DNA of 64,000 nucleotides from the NCBI GenBank assembly GCA_964106915.2, contig OZ066923.1. One strand, given 5' to 3'. Under the pieces are notes generated by a model. That model did not search any database and was not told where the DNA came from. It saw only the letters and a program-made list of their open reading frames with translations. Source of the stretch: Podarcis gaigeae (Eukaryota). Position numbers and translations under genes: made by a program. This document shows, piece after piece, positions 51,223 through 64,000 of this stretch (its first letter is position 1; each line of letters starts with the position of its first letter).

Positions 51223-51440
51223 CAGTGGTACCTCTGGTTACGAACTTAATTCGTTCCAGAGGTCCGTTTTTAACCTGAAACCATTCTTAACCTGAGGTAC
51301 CACTTTAGCTAATGGGGCCTCCTGCTGCCACCACGCAATTTTGTTCTCATCCTGAGGTAAAGTTCTTAACCTGAGGGTTAGCGGAGTCTGTAACCCGAGG
51401 TGTTTGTAACCTGAGGTGTTTGTAACCCAAGGTACCACTG
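51223..51440 (-). mobile_element. pogo/Tigger-like MITE
   Basis: Inverted copy of the 8301 family; TIR CAGTGGTACCT / AGGTACCACTG. Confidence 0.9.
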
Positions 51441-51545
51441 TGTGCTGTGTTTTTTGAAAAACGCTGGCATAAGTCTTCAGTCATGCCAACTTTGGTTATT
51501 TTTCACAATGTATTGGAAAACTTTGATGCTAGTTAAGACTTGTAA

Positions 51546-51727
51546 GCTCCGGCGGGAAGGTAAACGGCGTTTCCGTGCGCTGCTCTGGTTCGCCAGAAGC
51601 GGCTTAGTCATGCTGGCCACAGGACCTGGAAGCTGTACGCTGGCTCTCTCGGCCAATAAAGCGAGATGAGCGCTGCAACCCCAGAGTTGTCCGCGACTGG
51701 ACCTAACGGTCAGGGGTCCCTTTACCT
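51546..51727 (+). mobile_element. Sauria SINE, 5'-truncated
   Basis: Matches the 3' half of 43552-43915; 13-bp TSD TTAAG(A/C)CTTGTAA (51533-51545, 51728-51740). Confidence 0.9.
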
Positions 51728-54159
51728 TTAAGCCTTGTAATGGTGGATTCAGCTGATGCTACTGTCTTTAATGCATGACTGACTAGGCTAAAGGCCCACA
51801 TACATTACCCCCAGTCACCTCGGAACAAATTGTAGGAAAAATATGAGCTGTGAAGGAATCATGCTTATTCTCTGATATGAGGAATAAACATCTTGAGGCC
51901 TCCTATTGGGCGTATCTTAAGGACAAACTTCCTTCTCATCCCAAGTTCATTTTTTTGTATTGAGAATATGTGACTTGTATGATCAAGTTGGCTGTGGCTT
52001 TGTGCTTCTTTAGGATTGCTTTATTTTGTATTACCTTTAAGACTTAGAAGAAATATCCACAGGAATTGCTCCGCTGCGTCTCTGTTGCTAAGAAATGTCT
52101 TTGCAGTGTATGAAACAGAGGTCATTCCTAGACCGTTTGAGACTATGACAGAGGGCAACAACTTTAGGGTTGTCTCCAACTATGCTTTACTCAGAACACA
52201 CCCATTTTAATTAATGAACCTCAATAATATTACAAGTTTCATGAGGAAAGGACAAATTTTACCAAGGAAATTCAGGGTATAGTTACTTAGTAATAATGGA
52301 TGGTTTTGCACATGTGCTTTTTTGAGCTTCCCCTCCCTCTGTGTGATGTTCTGCATGATGCAGAGACCCCACAAATGGAGCCTGTTACAGTGGCTTCGCT
52401 ACCAGCCTATCTCCAAATAAGGTCCCAGTGAAAAGTTTTACATTAGTGTTGCAAATTAATGGTGTGTGGGGGGGGAAGTAACAGGTAGGCCACCTGTGAT
52501 TCTCCTCGGATGAAGATAGAACTTTAATAAAACAAACAAATTTCCACGTCATGGTAAACCTATGAACTGCAGAGGTTTTTCGTACTTCGCTCATTCCTGA
52601 ACAAAAACAGGAGCAACCAACCACGGTCCCTGACTTAGAATTACATTGGAACTAGGGATCAGGGTTTCTTTCATGCCAAACAAACTACAATTTCGTATTG
52701 GCTTACTAATTGTGGTTTGTTTGAGCAAAACAAAACAAAATCACCGGCTTGGATTTATCATGAAGTCAGGGGTCATGGTTTGTTTACTCATCCTAGGGGA
52801 GGAGTGAAGCTGGAGCAATCTCCACATTCATTATGAACTTTATAATGATGTGCAAACTGGACATTTGTTTCTCAGTAGGAGAAGCCTGTTTTCAGAAGAA
52901 CAGAAATCACCCCTGTGGTTTTTCTGTTACATTTTGGAAGTAAAAAAAACTCCCCACCCTTTTCTTTTTTAGTTCATTGTTTTCAATTACTGGCTTTTGC
53001 AAAGTAGCTGCAGTGATGTACCAAATGTTTTCTGGCACATTGTGAGCTGAAACAAGTGTTATCAAACAAAATATGTGTAAATATGATGCAAATGATTTCT
53101 GAGAGATGTGATTTATTTTTCAATATGCATTCCATTTCAAATAAAGAAATATTCATTGAAATGTTCCCTTGATATGGTATGAAAAGACTACATCGTCAAA
53201 GGAAGATGGAAACAAATTTTCTGGACATAATCAATAGACTGCTGTAAAGCTTACATCTGTGGAATATCATTTTCATTGATTCAACCGTTTTGAGGTCATG
53301 ACATAGAAGGTAGCTTGTTTTTAAAGAAAATCTATAATTGGTTTTCATTAGAGAGAGGCCTCCTAAGAGAGCGGCTAGGTGACAAAAAACTAATAATTAC
53401 AGTGGATCTTTTCAGGAAGGGTTTTCCCCCTTTATGACTCACTTGAATGCAAGGTGCATCAATAACACTCTGCTCAACAGGACAACCTTCATCTGTAGCG
53501 TCTGTTCCTTTCCTCCTTCACAGCATGGCCCTTTTGGAGAAAATTGTGCTTGCCACAGGCTATAAGCTTTGCTTTCAGGTTGACTTTTTAATATTTGCAT
53601 TATAGAAAAGAGTAATAGAAGCTGGGAGGTAGCGATTGCACAGGACCACCCAACAGGTTCATGACTGAGCCAGAATTCGATGCCATATTTCCAAAGGTCC
53701 AGGCTGAGTATGATGTTCATATAAAAAGAGGGAATTTGGTAGTTCACTAAAGTATGTGTTATTATGTGACTAGGAGCCATCACATCACAAGTTAGCTCAT
53801 TTCCAGTAAGGAGGGAGGGGAAGACACTGAAAATACTGTATGTTTTGAAACAAGGCCTTGTCTGTCCATGCATGGCAATTTTCAGCACTCGAGCGCCTGG
53901 CATGCATTCAGCCAGCATCAAAACATTGTGACCTCCTTATTACCCAAGGGAATTGCAAAAGGAATTGCTTAGTCATCATCACACAGCAGTTCTGTATATC
54001 AGTGGGAGGAATACATCATAGTCGTCTTGGATGACTGAATGGTGACTCTGGAACCGTTTCTTTTTCCTTTGCCGATAACAAGTCCCTAATCCATTCTATA
54101 AATGTTGGGAAAACAGCTAGCTCCAAAGCTTTGGGGGGCTCCCTAGAAACCATGGGCTA

Positions 54160-54580
54160 CTTGCACTCTACTGCTGAGAGGGCTGCATTGGTTACCAATC
54201 TGTTTCTGGGCCAACTCTGAGGTTTTCAAGTTAGTTCCCTAAACAACTTGGACTCCAAGTACCTTAAGGACCGCCTGAATCCTTACACTCCCCACCCCTT
54301 AGTTGCTAAGAACTTTGGGTGGAGCAATTTTGGTGGTCCCAAATGCCCCTGAAGGTTCAGCTGGACTTTACAAAGGATTGAGCGTTTACTGTGGCAAACG
54401 CTGCTCAGTTTTAGGCATCTTCTAAAAGTCACATTATTCACAAACCTTTCACATGTGAGGTTTTTGACGTCCAGCTCTTATTGCTGTGTTCGATGTTTTT
54501 ATTGTTAATACTTTGTTTTTAGCCTGTATACTTACAGTATCCATGAAAGTACAGTTTGTAAATATTTAAATAAAGACACT
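54160..54580 (+). mobile_element. Degenerate L2-like LINE 3' fragment
   Basis: GGGCTGCATTGGTTACCAAT (LHWLP-like) followed by an L2-like 3' region. Confidence 0.55.
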
Positions 54581-54962
54581 TATGAGAAGAAGTATGCAAT
54601 AATTTCCAAGCAATCTTCTGAATTACGATGCATTTTTGGGAATAGATGGGTGCTTGCTTTCCTGAACTAAGGTTTATCATACTGCAGTGCACTGTACACC
54701 ATTAATTGTATTATGAAAGACAAGCTAACGTGCATTTCCCACAGTCTAAATTACTTGCAGAGAGTCAAGAAATGTTCCTGATTCTATTCTGGGCCCGACA
54801 GTAAAAAGTGAAAGATAAGTTTGCTTGGAAATGTTTAGATCAAGGTCTCATTGCTCTGATTGTGCTAAAAATTGGAGGCTTTGATATCTTTGGGAAATGT
54901 AAACTCAGTACAAGATTTTGAGCTTCCCAGTACTGCCCTTTAGCCAACATTTATCCCCCCCC

Positions 54963-55125
54963 CCGTGGCGTAGTGTGGGTTGTCAGCACCCGGGGCAAGG
55001 CAAGTAATTTGCGCCCCCTAACCCGTGGATTTTAGTAGGGGCAGAGAGCTGCGAGTGCGAGCGCGCCCCCCCAGATGTTGCGCCTGATGCAGCTGGCCCC
55101 CCTGCACCCCCACGCTACACCACTG
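54963..55125. mobile_element. Shorter copy of the hAT MITE at 5289
   Basis: Both ends colinear with 5289-5717; lacks its central segment. Confidence 0.88.
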
Positions 55126-55356
55126 CCCCCGCTTCAGTTTTCTTTCAATTTTTGCTGAGTTTTCTGTGTTCTTGCATTTCAACATGTTTATCTTCATGCC
55201 AGAAGCTACTACACTTACTTAATTTCTGGCTGTCACACAGCTAATAAAAACACTTTGGTAAAAGGGGAGGGGGGAATTGCAATGCTGTTTTTAAGGTCTC
55301 TGATGAGTTTATTCAACAAATGCACTTTAGCAAGCCATTTGGTCCCTTTGCATGTA

Positions 55357-55597
55357 CAGTGGTACCTCGGGTTCAGTACTTAATTCGTTCCGGAGGTCCG
55401 TTCTTAACCTGAAACTGTTCTTAACCTGAAGACCACTTTAGCTAATGGGGCCTCCTGCTGCTGCCGTGCCACCGGAGCCCGATTTCTGTTCTCATCCTGA
55501 AGCAAAGTTCTTAACCTGAAGCACTATTTCTGGGTTAGCGGAGTGTGTAACCTGAAGCGTATGTAACCTGAAGCATATGTAACCCGAGGTACCACTG
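55357..55597 (-). mobile_element. pogo/Tigger-like MITE
   Basis: Reverse complement of 8301-8542; TIR CAGTGGTACCTCGGGTT. Confidence 0.92.
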
Positions 55598-56301
55598 TGT
55601 TATTTCAATTACATGCCTATTCACATGCCAAACAGCGGGAAGAATGAGATGGATATTGGTATTGCAGCAGTGAATGTGCAAACTCCACATTGCACCAAAC
55701 TTCATTTCAGCCAAGGCCATTTCAAGTCATCTGAGAAGCTGTTGTGCAGATGACCCCTTAAGGTCGTGTGGCAGCACCTACTTTCTCATTAGCACAATGT
55801 TGCATTTGTCATATTTACAAATGGTTCCATAAAAAGATTGTGCGAAATGTGCTTCACAGGACTGTTATGGGAAGCAAAAGGCAAACTTAAGAAGTTGTTC
55901 ACTCGCAGTTAAGGAATGTAAAAGGTCCCTAGGGTGTAGGATGACCTTTAAGTTCTGCCAGAAGACTGGTAAGACATATGCTTTCATTTAAAATAAATGT
56001 GTATCTTGCTCTTTCCCCTATGAAAATAAGAGCAAAATGGTGAAAAACTGCCCGAGAGCCTTTGCCACACAGCAATATCCAATTTGAACAAGATTTTCAT
56101 GTGAACATTTTTCTACTGGCTTCTCCGTAATGATGATGGCATTAAAGTTGTGGATGGCTTTCTAAATGTATTTTGAGGTTTTATTGTATCTTCAGCTTGT
56201 ACATTTTACCTTTGATCTCCTTGTCTTATGAAGGTAAATGTGTAGTTGCCAAGGTAATGTGACATTATGAGCCTCAGAAAAGACAATGCCCTACTGCATG
56301 C

Positions 56302-56551
56302 CAGGGCCATAGCTAGGGGGTGGTGAGGTGGGCCCCAGCCCAGCAATGGAGTGGTGCAAAATCAGCTAAAAATATGTCCATAAATATAAATATTGATTAT
56401 TGCCTCATAAGAAATGGTTTTAAATAGAGGGTGAATTGAATGGGAAGGGGAATGTTGGAGAAGAGGCAGAAAGAAGAGCTAATTAGTCTGGCTAGGGGGC
56501 CCAATCTGGAGGGTTCTGCCAGAGGCGCAAGATCACCTAGCTATGGCTCTG
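56302..56551. mobile_element. hAT-type MITE
   Basis: TIR CAGGGCCATAGCTAGG / CCTAGCTATGGCTCTG (15/16); perfect 8-bp TSD CTGCATGC. Confidence 0.9.
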
Positions 56552-56578
56552 CTGCATGCTATGATACCGCAAACAATA

Positions 56579-56809
56579 CAGTGGTACTTCGGGTTACATA
56601 CGCTTCAGGTTACATACACTTCAGGTTACAGACTCCGCTGACCCAGAAATAGTGCTTCAGGTTAAGAACTTTGCTTCACGATGAGAACAGAAATCATGCT
56701 CTGGCGGCGCGGCAGCAGCAGGAGGCCCCATTAGCTTCAGGTTAAGAGCAGTTTCAGGTTAAGAACGGACCTCTGGAACGAATTAAGTACTTAACCCGAG
56801 GGACCACTG
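56579..56809 (+). mobile_element. pogo/Tigger-like MITE
   Basis: Same family and orientation as 8301; TA TSD. Confidence 0.92.
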
Positions 56810-57830
56810 TACCTTCATGTGACAAAGGGACTTGTCTCACCTCTGAACGGGGTAACATTTTCATACAGGCAGTCAGGGAGTCCTACTTATCATTTTCCTC
56901 TTGCCTTTATACAAGATTGGATCTTGTGTTTTATTTCTCATGGGGCAGGCTACTTACTGGAAAGGGTAAGAAATACCACATGGAGTTTCTTTCAGAAGGC
57001 AGTGTGGTTAGATGCAAGGTTCTTGTACCTGATGGTCGTGGTTGCATTGGCAGGCAATAGTAACTTTAGGAGAGTCCTGAATTTTAAAAGTATGAGGAAT
57101 GGTGACTTAGTTGTAAGGTTAGACTTTGGAAAACTGAATTGTTAACACAACTGTGCTTAGTCTATGCCCATAGATAGACTATATTATCGTCCAGCATTAC
57201 TGTCACTTTGCTTGTGGTTGGGAAATATGGAGCTGGGTTTTGAATTGCATATTTTGCAGCTCTTCCAAGAGCAATTATTTCATGTACAGCTAAAAGCTTT
57301 GAAAATAATTAAAACTCTGCTGCAAGTGACATGAGAGAAGGAGAGAGAGAGAAATCATTCAATGACAATTATGCTTCATGGCCTTCAAGACTCCTTTCCA
57401 CAGTTCTTAAAAGCAATTAGAAGTAAGTAGCGAGTTTGGATTGTTCATCCCCTTTCACAGCTGCAAACTGAATGGTACTCATTAAGGTGTAATCTGGTTT
57501 GAATTTGCAGCTGTCTGCTTCCTAAGTTCCCTTTATTTTTTTAAATATCTATAGCCTCAAGCAACAATAATAAAGGGAAGAAAGAAGCAAAATAGCAACG
57601 ATTTACCCTGCGGTATTTCCAAGACCTCTTCCTTTCATATGTATGATCATAGCTTCAATCTTATCCCACACTTTTTATGCAATACTATTCTCAACAGAAT
57701 CTTTAACAATATAGTTTCTGAGTACCATTTTAACACAACATATAAATGATGAATTAATGTAAGTGCATTAGTGGTAAAGAGAGCTCTGTTTACCACCTTA
57801 GTTTGATACGCCATCTGTGACCGGTGTCAG

Positions 57831-57900
57831 TGAATCATAGAATCATAGAGTTGGAAGAGACCACAAGGGCCATCGAGTCCAACCCCCTGCCAAGCAGGAA
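57831..57900 (-). mobile_element. CR1 LINE 3' tail fragment
   Basis: GAATCATAGAATCATAGAGTTGGAAG..CATCGAGTCCAACCCC. Confidence 0.8.
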
Positions 57901-57959
57901 ACCTGCTTCAGTTATTCATACACGAGTTACTTTCAAAGATGACTACTGTAAGCTACTCT

Positions 57960-58420
57960 TACAGGACTGGTTTTGAGGAGGGTTCAAAAGCTCCAGTTTG
58001 TGCAAAATGTTACTGTCCAGATGTTGACGGGAGCCAACGGGGCGGCGGCGGCGGGGGTTTCCCCTGAACTCATAGCACCAATTTTGCACCAGTTGCATGC
58101 GTTAGTGGCATGTTCCCAGGCAGAATTAAAAGTACAGTGTGTATAACCCTTAAATTCCTAAATTGGTTTGGGCCAGGATAACTAAAGAACCATCAATCCC
58201 TGTATAATCCTGCCCATATATTAAGAACAGCTACGAAGGTCCAGCTTGTATGCCTGTCAGTAAAATCTATTAGGTTGGTGGCATGAAAGACAGATCCTTC
58301 TTGGTGGTGGCTCTGTTGTTATAGAACTCCCTTTCTGGATGGTGCTTGCTCATCTCCCCCCACCCGGTTCAACTGGGTCTTCAAAACGTGTCTGTTCCAT
58401 GTTGCTTTTCCTTAACTGTG
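57960..58420 (+). mobile_element. Degenerate L2-like LINE fragment
   Basis: QKLQFVQN and PILHQLH-like translations typical of the L2 ORF2 C-terminus. Confidence 0.6.
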
Positions 58421-59430
58421 TTTCTTGAGACTTTGAGCTGCCTTACAATAGTGTATTCTTACGATTTGACACTTCAAATCTTATTTATTTATTTTTAAAT
58501 TTATATATCACCCTTCATCCAAAGAGCTCAGGGCAGTTCACAAGATAAAAATACAGGATAAAAATATAGCTTAATGTTTTGCATCTCATTGGGTACATGT
58601 CCTTGTGGGTGTTACGCCTTAAAAGGCTGGCTATATATACTTTAATTGCCCCAACCAAATGGTTGACTATTTTATGATATTCACTAAACAGGTGGATGTA
58701 ATGGTATTTGGCTGGCAATAAAGATATTTATACAAAAAATGATGGAAATAATCATAGTAACAATTTGCTTTTTTTTTTAAAAAAAAAATCACCCTCCAGA
58801 ATTCCAGTCATAAGTTGTACATTCACATAAATAAACATCTCATTTTGATAGCTTTGGTCTGTCCCCCAATCCAGTTTTCTTTCCAGCCTTTCAGTTTTAA
58901 TTGTAGGTTTTAATCTACATCATATAAAGCACCTGGCTCCCTTTCTAATGGCTATTCTAATGGCTACTTACGCCTTTAAAGACCGGAGAAGTGTTTCAGC
59001 TGTTTCTGGAATACAGATTGCTCTGTTTTACACATGGAAATTCCAACTACATCTAACTTTCAGAAAGGCAATACTCCCTCAGCAAAACTGACTATTGGAA
59101 GTGGAGTAAGATGAACCAGGGTAACACATGTTCCCAAGGTATTCCCAGTACAGAGGAGTTGAGGCCAGATGTATTTGAACATGCAGGAAAATCCTAATGT
59201 AGAAAAAGCCTCACGGGACTGCAGCTTACAGGACCTTTGGATCTCTTTCGCCCAACTGCAATTAATGTAAGTAGAAATCTTGGCTGCACTCCAAAAAGCA
59301 CATGCTTGGAGCCATCTCTCCGGAATCGGAGTAACATGTTCATTGTAATTAATATCAAGACTGCAGGGTAAAGGGCCTTTGACCAAGTATCAGAGAAAGC
59401 AGTCTAGGAAATCCAAGGAAACACAGAGTT

Positions 59431-59548
59431 TGGCAGGAGCAGCGACCGAGCAACAGGAGCTCACCCCATCGCAGGGATTTGAACCACCAACCTTCTGATC
59501 GGCAAGTCCTAGGCTCTGTAGTTTAACCCACAGCACCACCCACATCCC
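59431..59548 (-). mobile_element. Sauria SINE 5' fragment
   Basis: Reverse complement of the 43552-43670 head. Confidence 0.8.
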
Positions 59549-61242
59549 TATATTTTACCGGGTACATCCCACCTAATTAATACAACTTCTGCACTTCTGC
59601 TTTTTTGGTTCCATATTACATTGATAGTTCATATGCATGCAAGAATCAACTGTGTGAATCAGCCTGGAAAGCCAATGTGGGGTTTGGGGTGGGTGGTTTC
59701 TCCGCACAAGGCGTGCAACATTGAGAAGATCCATACTGAGAAAGATCCACTTTGGTGCACCAAATGTGAGCCTTACACAAGGTGCCATATTATGAAAGAT
59801 TACCAAAATCCACCTCTGACACAGGCAACCCAGCTTTTAGGAGGGGAGGCTAGACATGGCAGTTGTTTCAACCCAATTTGTGCAGTGATTCTCAGCTTGT
59901 GGAGAGTCCTTTGTGTGCAGTACTACATTGGATTGTTTAATGCGCTGCTGCAAATCCACATTGAGGATGTAAACAAGTGCCAAGTTCTCCACACGGCAAT
60001 TGCTCCGCACAAATGTCTTGCTGAGCTGCAGTTATGTGAGTAACCTTCTCGTGGCCCCATTCCCAATTTCTCGGCATGAGTCCCGTAAGAAAACGGGGTG
60101 TGTGTATTTGTGTACTCTAATCTAGCCAAAAGCGCTGGAGAGCTAGTCTGCCTAAATAAGTACACTTCAGAGGGAACATGGATTTTTAATTAAAGGAAAA
60201 ACACTGAAATCGAAACTTGGGCAGGTTGGCAATTTTAATTCCTCCAAAAAATAAGGATTCCCACAAATTCTTTTTTTAAAAAACAAAACAAACCAGCAGC
60301 CCATAATTCAGCAACCAGTAATTCAGACATGGTGTCTGAATTAATTCAACAAAATAGATGACCAACAGTGGGATCCTAAACTTGAGGAAGAGGATGTTAT
60401 ACCACCTTAAAATGTACTTTATTCTCTGAGGGAAATCTGCTCAGTTTGGCTTCTATCATTTAGGACACCACCTACAATTAATACCTAGTTTTGTTAATAA
60501 AAACACTACCCAGTTTCTCTTTATTACAGCCACGGGTTGAACACGGTACCTTCTGTGTTCAAAAGCAGATACTCTACCACTGAGCTGTGGTCCCTCACAC
60601 ACACCTGTTTTGGTTACCATCTAGCCTGCTGAAGAGTTATGGAGAACTCGAAAACTTGCATGCTATTTTGCGACATTTTTGGCTTAGCCTAATAATGGCA
60701 CAATATGGATTTTTTATTGTTTATTATGGACTGACATTACTACCTTTACTTTTAATGAACGTTGATCTTTCCCATAGAGATCAACAACACAACGTCATCC
60801 TAGTCTTGTAAGAAGAAAAATAATATTGTGTTTAGTCACCAGTTGAAAACTTGTTTTGCATATATTTGCATTTGATACAGAGCCAGTAGTTTGACATTAC
60901 CATTCTTTACTGCAGCAATAGGTCAGAGGAAACGTATCGAAAATTAAATAGAATAGCCATAGCTTATTGTTAACTGTCTGTGGACATCCCTGTCTGTTTA
61001 ATGAGATATTTCCAATTAAGGTTTTAATGGGTAACCTGAAAATTCACCACTACAGTGTTAGGGGTCAAAATAAATTGTATATAAAGGAAGGACTGACATT
61101 TGGATTTTGCAGCATTAACTGTAATTAAATCAATAGTATCCCACCCTGTTCCACACACAGACGTTTTTCATGAGAACTTACTAGAAACTGTATTGATTAT
61201 GTTTCCTTTGTTCAGTTCTTTAGCTCAGGCTTCTAACATGGT

Positions 61243-61620
61243 TTTGTTGGCATCTGTCTGTCTTGAGAGACAATGAAGGAGTGTGCCTTTGGGAGCGAAG
61301 TCAAACAATTGAAGAGTTACAGCGCCTGCTGTAGCTGTGGATGCCAATACAGGAGAGACATGTTTTGTTGCAGCTGGGGCAGATGAAGGCATCCAGTTGT
61401 GCTGCTGCAGAGACACCATGGTGTTTCTTCTTTCTGCACTCCTCCCAGTGGCCATTCCTCCTCTGGTCATTGCTCTGGATACACGACTTGACTGCCTGTC
61501 TCCAGGCACTGAGCTTGTCTGCAAGGGATTCCCACATGGCGGGGTTAATGTTGCCAGCCTTCATTACATGTTTGCAGACATCTTTATAACACAAGAGTTG
61601 GTCTGCCAGCAGGTCTAGTG
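61243..61620 (-). mobile_element. RTE-clade LINE 3' fragment
   Basis: WESLADKLSAWRQAV...FICPSCNKTCLSCIGIHSYSRRC, a degenerate C-terminal Cys/His finger of RTE-type ORFs. Confidence 0.8.
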
Positions 61621-62422
61621 CCTGAAGCCAGCTCCCTGCAGAGTATGTCTTTGTGGATCCTGCCATCTTTCATTCTGTGGACATGAACAAGCCAGTGTCA
61701 ACATCCCTGAGGCAGGAGTGCAAACATGCATCTAATTATTTAGAGGTAGTCAAATTGTGAATTCTGCAAAGAACCCCAAAGCAGGTGCTATTTATCCTTC
61801 CCTAAAATAAAAGATGCTCTGTCCACAGCACCCAGGATTTAAAGTATCTAAAAAGAACACACCATTACAACTTGACACTTCTTTTTTTTGCCCCTTCCAA
61901 TTGCTACAAAGCTTTCAAAGGCAGTTCTGAATGAGGCACCTAGGAGGAGTCTAGTATTTGAGGCTTCAAATGCATGAATGATAATTGTCCAATCTGAATG
62001 TCAGAAAAGCTTCTAGCTCACTTACCTGAGGGAGCTAGTGAATGCAACTCTTGCACACCATTACAGATAAAGGGATTATGGTTGTGCAAGTTGGTAGTGA
62101 ACTGGAGCTGTGGTAATGCCTTCACTTTCCACTCCTTGTGATGCCTCAAAGTTTTTCTGGTTATAGGTAGCCAGGTGCGGTATCTTCCCATTCTATCCCT
62201 GACCAATGCAGCACCCTCTGGAATTCGGTATTTTTTTAAAAGACCAGGCTGTCTTTCTTTCCTGTTTTGACCTTTGGTTAATTAAATAATCTATGGCCTT
62301 TTAAACTGTGTGTGTGTAGTGGGTTATTGTTTTTATTTGTCACTATGTTGTGTATTTTTGTATTTTTATATTGTAAACTGCTCTGTAATACTCAGATGAA
62401 GAGGGGTATAGGCATTTAATTA

Positions 62423-62426
<4 letters not shown>

Positions 62427-62476
<50 letters not shown>
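62427..62476. repeat. (AAT)n microsatellite, probably an L2-like tail
   Basis: Directly visible. Confidence 0.95.
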
Positions 62477-62477
<1 letters not shown>

Positions 62478-63589
62478 TTATTTATTGTATTCTTCATTAT
62501 GTGTTTATAGCTCTACAAAAAGTCAGACTAACAAATTGGTGGCAAGCAGCAGCCACTTACTCAAATTATGGAACGTCTTTTCATTTACATTAACCTGTTT
62601 TGATTTTGCATCTGTCTTTTCTTTCTTGAAATGAATCTGCTGTTTGTGTTGCATTTCCCAAATGTAGAAATTAGATGAATCAGTTTCATAGAATTCTTTC
62701 CAAAACAGGACCATTTCCCTTCTCTACTCTCTCTCCCACTCATCCCACCTTCTTCCAAGTCAAGCATTTCCAAGAATCAGTGCTTCCTACTGTGGCCATT
62801 TTTAAAATATCAAATTGATAGCACAGCATAGGTAACCTTTATGATACATGATCTGATTTTCATTTTAACCAAATGATCTGTTTAGTGGTTGAATGCTATG
62901 GTCCCAGCTCTCTTAATCCTCACATATGTGCTTTACTTTGCAAGGGTAAAGGTCAGTAATTATGAATCATTTCCTCCTACAGCTCCAGAAAAAGGTTTAC
63001 AGAATGAATCACCAAGGAACAGCTCATGGCTGCAATCTTCTCTGAAGGCAAGTCCCCAGGCCCTGAGGCCTACACAATGTAAACAAGGATGCCCTTTAAT
63101 CTTCTAGCTATCTAAAATACTCTCCTGCACTATAAAATGTTATGTAAGAATGCTGAGGAAATGGGTGGCTACAAAATTCAGGAGATGTGTACCCTAAGGT
63201 GGCCGCAACTAAGAATGATAGTCATCATGCAAATCTCTACTTCTAACTATTGCATTTTGTACACAGCCCAATGGTGTGATTGATGGCTGTGCATAAATGA
63301 CACAATCCTTGCACAGAGGTTTTATAATCTGTTACACAATGTAAAAAGACAGTTCAGGGTTGAAAAGGAATGGTTGTGGAGGAGAACCAGGAAGTTGTGG
63401 ATATGGAGAAGAAGGGATGGTGAGGCAGTAGATCAGGAAAAGCTTTGCTAAGGAAGTGCTTTAAGATAGCGCTTGAGAAAGGAAAGGAAAACAGCTCGAT
63501 TAATAGTGTGAGACATGCACCCCAACACCCTGAGGGTGAGGAATTTCAGCGATTCTGCTGTTTACCTGGGGTTAGTTTCCTTATAATAA

Positions 63590-64000
63590 GGTCACTGGAG
63601 ACAGATGACATTTCCACCCCTGCTCAAATTCATTTTGTTTGTTTGGGCCCTGTTTCCCAATCTGATAAGGTGATCTTGAATCCCGATTCTGTCTTCTGTG
63701 ACATTAGCTACCCCTCCCAGTTTGGTGTCATCTGCAAATCGGATGAGCATCCCCTCAATTCCTTTATCCAACTTGTTTATAAAGAGGTTGAACAACAACA
63801 GTCCCTGGACAGGACCCTGAAGCACCCACTTTGTAACTTCTTTTCATAATAATGAGGAACCATTATTTAGTACTCTTGGTGTCTGGTCAGTCAACCAGCT
63901 AAAAAAATCTACCTGTTACCTTGTCCGGCCCACATTTTAACAGCTTCTCCACAAGAATGTCATAGAGCCCGGGGACTCTGTCAAAAGCCTTACTGAAATC
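63590..64000 (-). mobile_element. CR1 LINE reverse transcriptase fragment (runs off window)
   Basis: QGPVQGLLLFNLFINKLDKGIEGMLIRFADDTKLGGVAN. Confidence 0.92.

Larger units (their letters stand above)
49092..53165 (+). other. PHLDA1: PHLDA1 3'-UTR exon (3' end uncertain)
   Basis: AT-rich UTR-like sequence, miR-181 8mer at 49487-49494, candidate AATAAA at 53140-53145. Confidence 0.45.

Noticed and set aside
53439-53921. 160-aa minus-strand ORF
   Set aside because: No recognisable homology or coding-like composition; likely chance
1-64000. CRISPR arrays, operons or other prokaryotic systems
   Set aside because: Vertebrate intron-exon DNA; the repeats are microsatellites, local duplications and transposons, with no repeat-spacer array

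Overview
Vertebrate genomic DNA from a squamate reptile. Sauria and Squam3-type SINEs point to a lizard, probably a lacertid. Two protein-coding genes lie on the + strand, head to tail, as in the human PHLDA1-NAP1L1 locus. NAP1L1 has a CpG-island promoter with a TATA-like box and TCT/TOP start near 16773, a non-coding exon 1, and 14 coding exons (25932-40574). I reconstructed these by hand into an intact 1182-nt, 393-aa ORF ending in the CaaX motif CKQQ. PHLDA1 has a single coding exon (47399-47911, 170 aa), a 3'-UTR intron and a long 3'-UTR exon. The rest is intronic or intergenic DNA rich in mobile elements: TA-flanked pogo/Tigger-like MITEs, hAT MITEs with 8-bp TSDs, several SINE types, and L2, CR1, RTE and Penelope-like fragments. 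No prokaryote-type system is present. The best leads are: (1) alternative 3'-end processing of NAP1L1 that would toggle its farnesylation motif; (2) an orphan CpG-retaining, exon-like minus-strand ORF about 6 kb upstream of NAP1L1; (3) a PHLDA1 3'-UTR junction that regenerates its own 5' splice site; (4) a remodelled PHLDA1 without polyQ/PQ/PH tracts, with out-of-frame traces of the mammalian N-terminal extension. Comparisons with human sequences are from memory and need database confirmation.
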